The notes beneath the pieces were generated by a model. It ran no database searches, was not told where the DNA came from, and was given only the letters and a program-made list of their open reading frames with translations. DNA of 64,000 nucleotides, from positions 19,158,001 to 19,222,000 of the forward strand of contig OZ059894.1 in assembly GCA_964057225.1 (NCBI GenBank), given 5' to 3'. Position numbers and translations under genes: made by a program. Below, piece after piece: positions 53,800 through 64,000 of this stretch. Positions within the stretch are counted from its first letter, which is position 1, and each line of letters opens with the position of its first letter. Source of the DNA: Auanema rhodensis (taxonomy: Eukaryota; Animalia; Nematoda).

Positions 53800-55905
53800 C
53801 TATACTACATTGAGAAACGCTTGATACAGAAATTAGTTATGATCGTTTGAAAAATGATCCATTAGTGTATGTTGAGTTTCCATGTACACTCAACATTGCT
53901 TCCAAAAACATTTTGACAAAAATTTTTTCGAAAAATTTCAAGATAAATTAGCAAAAAGTAGATGTTTTTAGATTCCTTTTTTCAAGGCAAAGACGATGGA
54001 CGATGTTATTCAACGAAAAAATTAATTTATCAGGGTGAAAATCGAGGATATAAGTGTGAACTTATATCAGTTGATATCTCGGTGCGTTTTTAAGCTAGCG
54101 CAAATCTGATAACACAGATCGACGCAGCTTAAAAATCCGCATCGAATGCACTATACTACATTGAGAAACGATTGATACAGAAATTAGTTATGATCGTTTG
54201 AAAAATGATCCATTAGTGTATGTTGAGTTTCCATGTACACTCAACATTGCTTCCAAAAATATTTTGACAAAAATTTTTTCGAAAAATTTCAAGATAAATT
54301 AGCAAAAAGTAAATGTTCTTAGATTGCTTTTTTCAAGGCAAAGACGATGGACAATGATATTCAACGAAAAAATTAATTCTTCAGGGTGAAAATCGAGGAT
54401 ATAAGTGTGAACTTATATCAGTTGATATCTCGGTGCATTTTTAAGCTAGCGCAAATCTGATAACACAGATCGACGCAGCTTAAAAATCCGCATCGAATGC
54501 ACTATACTACATTGAGAAACGCTCAATACAAAAATTAGTTATGATCGTTTGAAAAGTGATGCATTAGTGTATGTTGAGTTTCCATGTACACTCAACATTG
54601 CTTCCAAAAACATTTTGACAAAAATTTTTTCGAAAAATTTAAGAATAATTTAGCAAAAAGTAGATGTTTTTAGATTTCTTTTTTCAAGACAAAGACGATG
54701 GACAATGTTATTCAACGAAAAAATTAATTCTTCAGGGTGAAAATCGAGGATATAAGTGTGAACTTTTATCAGTTGATATCTCGGTGCATCTTTAAGCTAG
54801 CGCAAATCTGATAACACAGATCGACGCAGCTTAAAAATCCGCATCGAATGCACTATACTACATTGAGAAACGCTTAATACAAAAATTAGTTATGATCGTT
54901 TGAAAAATGATGCATTAGTGTATGTTGAGTTTCCATGTACACTCAACATTGCTTCCAAAAACATTTTGACAAAACTTTTTTCGAAAAATTTCAAAATAAT
55001 TTAGCAAAAAGTAGATGTTTTTAGATTCCATTTTTCAAGGCAAAGACGATGGACAATGTTATTCAACAAAAAAATTAATTCTTCAGGGTGAAAATCGAGG
55101 ATATAAGTGTAAACTTATATCAGTTGATATCTCGGTGCATTTTTAAGCTGGCGCAAATCTGATAACACAGATCGACGCAGCTTAAAAATCCGCATCAAAT
55201 GCACTATACTACATTGAGAAACGCTTGATACAGAAATTAGTTATGATCGTTTGAAAAATGATCCATTAGTGTATGTTGAGTTTCCATGTACACTCAACAT
55301 TGCTTCCAAAAACATTTTGACAAAAATTTTTTCGAAAAATTTCAAGATAAATTAGCAAAAAGTAGATGTTTTTAGATTCCTTTTTTCAAGGCAAAGACGA
55401 TGGACGATGTTATTCAACGAAAAAATTAATTTATCAGGGTGAAAATCGAGGATATAAGTGTGAACTTATATCAGTTGATATCTCGGTGCGTTTTTAAGCT
55501 AGCGCAAATCTGATAACACAGATCGACGCAGCTTAAAAATCCGCATCGAATGCACTATACTACATTGAGAAACGATTGATACAGAAATTAGTTATGATCG
55601 TTTGAAAAATGATCCATTAGTGTATGTTGAGTTTCCATGTACACTCAACATTGCTTCCAAAAATATTTTGACAAAAATTTTTTCGAAAAATTTCAAGATA
55701 AATTAGCAAAAAGTAAATGTTCTTAGATTGCTTTTTTCAAGGCAAAGACGATGGACAATGATATTCAACGAAAAAATTAATTCTTCAGGGTGAAAATCGA
55801 GGATATAAGTGTGAACTTATATCAGTTGATATCTCGGTGCATTTTTAAGCTAGCGCAAATCTGATAACACAGATCGACGCAGCTTAAAAATCCGCATCGA
55901 ATGCA
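53098..55905. repeat. Near-exact 4-mer tandem duplication (53098-54501 / 54502-55905) spanning the C'/E boundary
   Basis: AATTTAAGAAT 53237/54641, GTGTAAACT 53707/55111, GGACGATG 54002/55406 and AAAATATTT 54260/55664 are all offset by 1404. Confidence 0.9.
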
Positions 55906-58900
55906 CTATACTACATTGAGAAACGATTGATACAGAAATTAGTTATGATCGTTTGAAAAATGATCCATTAGTGTATGTTGAGTTTCCATGTACACTCAAC
56001 ATTGCTTCCAAAAACATTTTGACAAAAATTTTTTCGAAAAATTTCAAGATAAATTAGCAAAAAGTAAATGTTCTTAGATTGCTTTTTTCAAGGCAAAGAC
56101 GATGGACAATGATATTCAACGAAAAAATTAATTCTTCAGGGTGAAAATCGAGGATATAAGTGTGAACTTATATCAGTTGATATCTCGGTGCATTTTTAAG
56201 CTAGCGCAAATCTGATAACACAGATCGACGCAGCTTAAAAATCCGCATCGAATGCACTATACTACATTGAGAAACGCTTAATACAAAAATTAGTTATGAT
56301 CGTTTGAAAAATGATGCATTAGTGTATGTTGAGTTTCCATGTACACTCAACATTGCTTCCAAAAACATTTTGACAAAAATTTTTTCGAAAAATTTCAAAA
56401 TAAATTAGCAAAAAGTAGATGTTTTTAGATTCCATTTTTCAAGGCAAAGACGATGGACAATGTTATTCAACGAAAAAATTAATTCTTCAGGGTGAAAATC
56501 GAGGATATAAGTGTGAACTTATATCAGTTGATATCTCGGTGCATTTTTAAGCTAGCGCAAATCTGATAACACAGATCGACGCAGCTTAAAAATCCGCATC
56601 GAATGCACTATACTACATTGAGAAACGCTTAATACAAAAATTAGTTATGATCGTTTGAAAAATGATGCATTAGTGTATGTTGAGTTTCCATGTACACTCA
56701 ACATTGCTTCCAAAAACATTTTGACAAAAATTTTTTCGAAAAATTTCAAGATAAATTAGCAAATAGTAGATGTTTTTAGATTCCTTTTTTCAAGGCAAAG
56801 ACGATGGACAATGTTATTCAACGGAAAAATTAATTTTTCAGGGTGAAAATCGAGGATATAAGTGTGAACTTATATCAGTTGATATCTCGGTGCATTTTTA
56901 AGCTAGCGCAAATCTGATAACACAGATCGACGCAGCTTAAAAATCCGCATCGAATGCACTATACTACATTGACAAACGCTTAATACAAAAATTAGTTATG
57001 ATCGTTTGAAAAATGATGCATTAGTGTATGTTGAGTTTCCATGTACACTCAACATTGCTTCCAAAAACATTTTGACAAAAATTTTTTCGAAAAATTTCAA
57101 AATAAATTAGCAAAAAGTAGATGTTTTTAGATTCCTTTTTTCAAGGCAAAGACGATGGACAATGTTATTCAACGAAAAAATTAATTTTTCAGGGTGAAAA
57201 TCGAGGATATAAGTGTGAACTTATATCAGTTGATATCTCGGTGCATTTTTAAGCTAGCGCAAATCTGATAACACAGATCGACGCAGCTTAAAAATCCGCA
57301 TCGAATGCACTATACTACATTGAGAAACGCTTGATACAGAAATTAGTTATGATCGTTTGAAAAATGATCCATTAGTGTATGTTGAGTTTCCATGTACACT
57401 CAACATTGCTTCCAAAAACATTTTGACAAAAATTTTTTCGAAAAATTTCAAGATAAATTAGCAAAAAGTAAATGTTCTTAGATTGCTTTTTTCAAGGCAA
57501 AGACGATGGACAATGATATTCAACGAAAAAATTATTTCTTCAGGGTGAAAATCGAGGATATAAGTGTGAACTTATATCAGTTGATATCTCGGTGCATTTT
57601 TAAGCTAGCACAAATCTGATAACACAGATCGACGCAGCTTAAAAATCCGCATCGAATGCACTATACTACATTGAGAAACGCTTAATACAAAAATTAGTTA
57701 TGATCGTTTGAAAAATGATGCATTAGTGTATGTTGAGTTTCCATGTACACTCAACATTGCTTCCAAAAACATTTTGACAAAAATTTTTTCGAAAAATTTC
57801 AAGATAAATTAGCAAAAAGTAGATGTTTTTAGATTCCTTTTTTCAAGGCAAAGACGATGGACAATGTTATTCAACGGAAAAATTAATTTTTCAGGGTGAA
57901 AATCGAGGATATAAGTGTGAACTTATATCAGTTGATATCTCGGTGCATTTTTAAGCTAGCGCAAATCTGATAACACAGATCGACGCAGCTTAAAAATCCG
58001 CATCGAATGCACTATACTACATTGAGAAACGCTTGATACAGAAATTAGTTATGATCGTTTGAAAAATGATCCATTAGTGTATGTTGAGTTTCCATGTACA
58101 CTCAACATTGCTTCCAAAAACATTTTGACAAAAATTTTTTCGAAAAATTTCAAGATAAATTAGCAAAAAGTAAATGTTCTTAGATTGCTTTTTTCAAGGC
58201 AAAGACGATGGACAATGATATTCAACGAAAAAATTAATTCTTCAGGGTGAAAATCGAGGATATAAGTGTGAACTTATATCAGTTGATATCTCGGTGCATT
58301 TTTAAGCTAGCACAAATCTGATAACACAGATCGACGCAGCTTAAAAATCCGCATCGAATGCACTATACTACATTGAGAAACGCTTAATACAAAAATTAGT
58401 TATGATCGTTTGAAAAATGATGCATTAGTGTATGTTGAGTTTCCATGTACACTCAACATTGCTTCCAAAAACATTTTGACAAAAATTTTTTCGAAAAATT
58501 TCAAGATAAATTAGCAAAAAGTAGATGTTTTTAGATTCCTTTTTTCAAGGCAAAGACGATGGACAATGTTATTCAACGGAAAAATTAATTTTTCAGGGTG
58601 AAAATCGAGGATATAAGTGTGAACTTATATCAGTTGATATCTCGGTGCATTTTTAAGCTAGCGCAAATCTGATAACACAGATCGACGCAGCTTAAAAATC
58701 CGCATCGAATGCACTATACTACATTGAGGAACGCTTAATACAAAAATTAGTTATGATCGTTTGAAAAATGATGCATTAGTGTATGTTGAGTTTCCATGTA
58801 CACTCAACATTGCTTCCAAAAACATTTTGACAAAAATTTTTTCGAAAAATTTCAAGATAAATTAGCAAAAAGTAGATGTTTTTAGATTCCTTTTTTCAAG

Positions 58901-61900
58901 GCAAAGACGATGGACGATGTTATTCAACGAAAAAATTAATTTATCAGGGTGAAAATCGAGGATATAAGTGTGAACTTATATCAGTTGATATCTCGGTGCA
59001 TTTTTAAGCTAGCGCAAATCTGATAACACAGATCGACGCAGCTTAAAAATCCGCATCGAATGCACTATACTACATTGAGAAACGATTGATACAGAAATTA
59101 GTTATGATCGTTTGAAAAATGATCCATTAGTGTATGTTGAGTTTCCATGTACACTCAACATTGCTTCCAAAAACATTTTGACAAAAATTTTTTCGAAAAA
59201 TTTCAAGATAAATTAGCAAAAAGTAAATGTTCTTAGATTGCTTTTTTCAAGGCAAAGACGATGGACAATGATATTCAACGAAAAAATTAATTCTTCAGGG
59301 TGAAAATCGAGGATATAAGTGTGAACTTATATCAGTTGATATCTCGGTGCATTTTTAAGCTAGCGCAAATCTGATAACACAGATCGACGCAGCTTAAAAA
59401 TCCGCATCGAATGCACTATACTACATTGAGAAACGCTTAATACAAAAATTAGTTATGATCGTTTGAAAAATGATGCATTAGTGTATGTTGAGTTTCCATG
59501 TACACTCAACATTGCTTCCAAAAACATTTTGACAAAAATTTTTTCGAAAAATTTCAAGATAAATTAGCAAAAAGTAGATGTTTTTAGATTCCTTTTTTCA
59601 AGGCAAAGACGATGGACGATGTTATTCAACGAAAAAATTAATTTATCAGGGTGAAAATCGAGGATATAAGTGTGAACTTATATCAGTTGATATCTCGGTG
59701 CATTTTTAAGCTAGCGCAAATCTGATAACACAGATCGACGCAGCTTAAAAATCCGCATCGAATGCACTATACTACATTGAGAAACGATTGATACAGAAAT
59801 TAGTTATGATCGTTTGAAAAATGATCCATTAGTGTATGTTGAGTTTCCATGTACACTCAACATTGCTTCCAAAAACATTTTGACAAAAATTTTTTCGAAA
59901 AATTTCAAGATAAATTAGCAAAAAGTAAATGTTCTTAGATTGCTTTTTTCAAGGCAAAGACGATGGACAATGATATTCAACGAAAAAATTAATTCTTCAG
60001 GGTGAAAATCGAGGATATAAGTGTGAACTTATATCAGTTGATATCTCTGTGAATTTTTAAGCTAGCGCAAATCTGATAACAAAGATCGACGCAGCTTAAA
60101 AATCCGCATCGAATGCACTATACTACATTGAGAGACGCTTAATACAAAAATTAGTTATGATCGTTTGAAAAATGATGCATTAGTGTATGTTGAGTTTCCA
60201 TGTACACTCAACATTGCTTCCAAAAACATTTTGACAAAAATTTTTTCGAAAAATTTCAAAATAAATTAGCAAAAAGTAGATGTTTTTAGATTCCTTTTTT
60301 CAAGGCAAAGACGATGGACAATGTTATTCAACGAAAAAATTAATTTTTCAGGGTGAAAATCGAGGATATAAGTGTGAACTTATATCAGTTGATATCTCGG
60401 TGCATTTTTAAGCTAGCGCAAATCTGATAACACAGATCGACGCAGCTTAAAAATCCGCATCGAATGCACTATACTACATTGAGAAACGCTTAATACAAAA
60501 ATTAGTTATGATCGTTTGAAAAATGATGCATTAGTGTATGTTGAGTTTCCATGTACACTCAACATTGCTTCCAAAAACATTTTGACAAAAATTTTTTCGA
60601 AAAATTTCAAGATAAATTAGCAAAAAGTAGATGTTTTTAGATTCCTTTTTTCAAGGCAAAGACGATGGACGATGTTATTCAACGAAAAAATTAATTTATC
60701 AGGGTGAAAATCGAGGATATAAGTGTGAACTTATATCAGTTGATATCTCGGTGCATTTTTAAGCTAGCGCAAATCTGATAACACAGATCGACGCAGCTTA
60801 AAAATCCGCATCGAATGCACTATACTACATTGAGAAACGATTGATACAGAAATTAGTTATGATCGTTTGAAAAATGATCCATTAGTGTATGTTGAGTTTC
60901 CATGTACACTCAACATTGCTTCCAAAAACATTTTGACAAAAATTTTTTCGAAAAATTTCAAGATAAATTAGCAAAAAGTAAATGTTTTTAGATTGCTTTT
61001 TTCAAGGCAAAGACGATGGACAATGATATTCAACGAAAAAATTAATTCTTCAGGGTGAAAATCGAGGATATAAGTGTGAACTTATATCAGTTGATATCTC
61101 GGTGCATTTTTAAGCTAGCGCAAATCTGATAACACAGATCGACGCAGCTTAAAAATCCGCATCGAATGCACTATACTACATTGAGAGACGCTTAATACAA
61201 AAATTAGTTATGATCGTTTGAAAAATGATGCATTAGTGTATGTTGAGTTTCCATGTACACTCAACATTGCTTCCAAAAACATTTTGACAAAAATTTTTTC
61301 GAAAAATTTCAAAATAAATTAGCAAAAAGTAGATGTTTTTAGATTCCTTTTTTCAAGGCAAAGACGATGGACAATGTTATTCAACGGAAAAATTAATTTT
61401 TCAGGGTGAAAATCGAGGATATAAGTGTGAACTTATATCAGTTGATATCTCGGTGCATTTTTAAGCTAGCGCAAATCTGATAACACAGATCGACGCAGCT
61501 TAAAAATCCGCATCGAATGCACTATACTACATTGAGAAACGCTTGATACAGAAATTAGTTATGATCGTTTGAAAAATGATGCATTAGTGTATGTTGAGTT
61601 TCCATGTACACTCAACATTGCTTCCAAAAACATTTTGACAAAAATTTTTTCGAAAAATTTCAAGATAAATTAGCAAAAAGTAGCTGTTTTTAGATTCCTT
61701 TTTTCAAGGCAAAGACGATGGACAATGTTATTCAACGAAAAAATTAATTTTTCAGGGTGAAAATCGAGGATATAAGTGTGAACTTATATCAGTTGATATC
61801 TCGGTGCATTTTTAAGCTAGCGCAAATCTGATAACACAGATCGACGCAGCTTAAAAATCCGCATCGAATGCACTATACTACATTGAGAAACGCTTAATAC

Positions 61901-64000
61901 AAAAATTAGTTATGATCGTTTGAAAAATGATGCATTAGTGTATGTTGAGTTTCCATGTACACTCAACATTGCTTCCAAAAACATTTTGACAAAAATTTTT
62001 TCGAAAAATTTCAAGATAAATTAGCAAAAAGTAGATGTTTTTAGATTCCTTTTTTCAAGGCAAAGACGATGGACAATGTTATTCAACGAAAAAATTAATT
62101 TATCAGGGTGAAAATCGAGGATATAAGTGTGAACTTATATCAGTTGATATCTCGGTGCATTTTTAAGCTAGCGCAAATCTGATAACACAGATCGACGCAG
62201 CTTAAAAATCCGCATCGAATGCACTATACTACATTGAGAAACGCTTAATACAAAAATTAGTTATGATCGTTTGAAAAATGATCCATTAGTGTATGTTGAG
62301 TTTCCATGTACACTCAACATTGCTTCCAAAAACATTTTGACAAAAATTTTTTCGAAAAATTTCAAGATAAATTAGCAAAAAGTAAATGTTCTTAGATTGC
62401 TTTTTTCAAGGCAAAGACGATGGACAATGATATTCAACGAAAAAATTAATTCTTCAGGGTGAAAATCGAGGATATAAGTGTGAACTTATATCAGTTGATA
62501 TCTCGGTGCATTTTTAAGCTAGCGCAAATCTGATAACACAGATCGACGCAGCTTAAAAATCCGCATCGAATGCACTATACTACATTGAGAGACGCTTAAT
62601 ACAAAAATTAGTTATGATCGTTTGAAAAATGATGCATTAGTGTATGTTGAGTTTCCATGTACACTCAACATTGCTTCCAAAAACATTTTGACAAAAATTT
62701 TTTCGAAAAATTTCAAAATAAATTAGCAAAAAGTAGATGTTTTTAGATTCCTTTTTTCAAGGCAAAGACGATGGACAATGTTATTCAACGGAAAAATTAA
62801 TTTTTCAGGGTGAAAATCGAGGATATAAGTGTGAACTTATATCAGTTGATATCTCGGTGCATTTTTAAGCTAGCGCAAATCTGATAACACAGATCGACGC
62901 AGCTTAAAAATCCGCATCGAATGCACTATACTACATTGAGAAACGCTTAATACAAAAATTAGTTATGATCGTTTGAAAAATGATGCATTAGTGTATGTTG
63001 AGTTTCCATGTACACTCAACATTGCTTCCAAAAACATTTTGACAAAAATGTTTTCGAAAAATTTCAAAATAAATTAGCAAAAAGTAGATGTTTTTAGATT
63101 CCTTTTTTCAAGGCAAAGACGATGGACAATGTTATTCAACGAAAAAATTAATTTTTCAAGGTGAAAATCGAGGATATAAGTGTGAACTTATATCAGTTGA
63201 TATCTCGGTGCATTTTTAAGCTAGCGCAAATCTGATAACACAGATCGACGCAGCTTAAAAATCCGCATCGAATGCACTATACTACATTGAGAAACGCTTG
63301 ATACAGAAATTAGTTATGATCGTTTGAAAAATGATCCATTAGTGTATGTTGAGTTTCCATGTACACTCAACATTGCTTCCAAAAACATTTTGACAAAAAT
63401 TTTTTCGAAAAATTTCAAGATAAATTAGCAAAAAGTAGCTGTTTTTAGATTCCTTTTTTCAAGGCAAAGACGATGGACAATGTTATTCAACGGAAAAATT
63501 AATTTTTCAGGGTGAAAATCGAGGATATAAGTGTGAACTTATATCAGTTAATATCTCGGTGCATTTTTAAGCTAGCGCAAATCTGATAACACAGATCGAC
63601 GCAGCTTAAAAATCCGCATCGAATGCACTATACTACATTGAGAAACGCTTAATACAAAAATTAGTTATGATCGTTTGAAAAATGATGCATTAGTGTATGT
63701 TGAGTTTCCATGTACACTCAACATTGCTTCCAAAAACATTTTGACAAAAATGTTTTCGAAAAATTTCAAAATAAATTAGCAAAAAGTAGATGTTTTTAGA
63801 TTCCTTTTTTCAAGGCAAAGACGATGGACAATGTTATTCAACGAAAAAATTAATTTTTCAAGGTGAAAATCGAGGATATAAGTGTGAACTTATATCAGTT
63901 GATATCTCGGTGCATTTTTAAGCTAGCGCAAATCTGATAACACAGATCGACGCAGCTTAAAAATCCGCATCGAATGCACTATACTACATTGAGAAACGCT
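53800..64000. repeat. Variant domain E with a diverged monomer subfamily
   Basis: Markers are TTCAAGATAAATT, (A/C)TTGATACAGA, GTAAATGTTCTTAGATTGC, AATGATATTC and AATTTTTCAG/AATTTATCAG. Subfamily copies start at 54151, 55555, 55906, 57310, 58012, 59065, 59767, 60820 and 62224. Confidence 0.85.

Larger units (their letters stand above)
1..64000. repeat. 351-bp tandem satellite DNA array (182 full monomers plus a partial one; continues past both window edges)
   Basis: CTATACTAC recurs at 1, 352, 703, ... 14141, 21161, 34495, 44674, 50641, 57661 and 63979 with a 351-bp period. All copies are head-to-tail and differ from consensus at only a few positions (about 0-10). Hand count of the consensus gives 110/351 G+C. 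Confidence 0.99.

Noticed and set aside
1-64000. CRISPR array or other repeat-spacer system
   Set aside because: There are no unique spacers. The sequence between the palindromes is as conserved as the palindromes, and there are no associated genes.
1-64000. Tandem 5S rRNA, tRNA, snRNA or spliced-leader gene cluster, or rDNA spacer
   Set aside because: No recognisable 5S, tRNA cloverleaf, Pol III A/B box or known snRNA/spliced-leader sequence was seen in the monomer. An Rfam scan was not run.
1-64000. Transposon insertions, inversions or telomeric repeats within the array
   Set aside because: The monomer register is accounted for continuously from 1 to 64000 with only 1-bp indels and one 105-bp duplication. 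No foreign or reverse-oriented sequence was seen.

Overview
The whole 64-kb window is one uninterrupted head-to-tail satellite DNA array. It has 182 full monomers plus a 22-bp partial copy, all in the same orientation. The monomer is 351 bp, about 31% GC by hand count, and runs CTATACTACATTGAG...CATCGAATGCA. I found no genes, transposon insertions, inversions, CRISPR spacers or RNA genes. The single ORF in the track is a chance stop-codon loss in one monomer. The interesting content is structural. (1) Each monomer carries four dyad symmetries, including a perfect 9-bp stem with a GTGA (GNRA-type) loop and a 67-nt, 26-bp imperfect hairpin. (2) There is one 105-bp partial duplication, with a breakpoint at the exact centre of a palindrome. 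(3) Variants form blocks with nested, incipient higher-order repeats (HORs) of 2, 3, 4, 5, 6 and 8 monomers. (4) Variant families recur in the order A-B-C...A'-B'-C', suggesting an older ~35-kb tandem duplication. (5) Two stepwise substitutions convert a quasi-palindrome into a perfect 16-bp palindrome in the 3' domain. I do not recognise the satellite family or organism. Monomer size, AT richness and lack of CpG depletion fit a (peri)centromeric satellite of an invertebrate such as an insect, but that is inference only.
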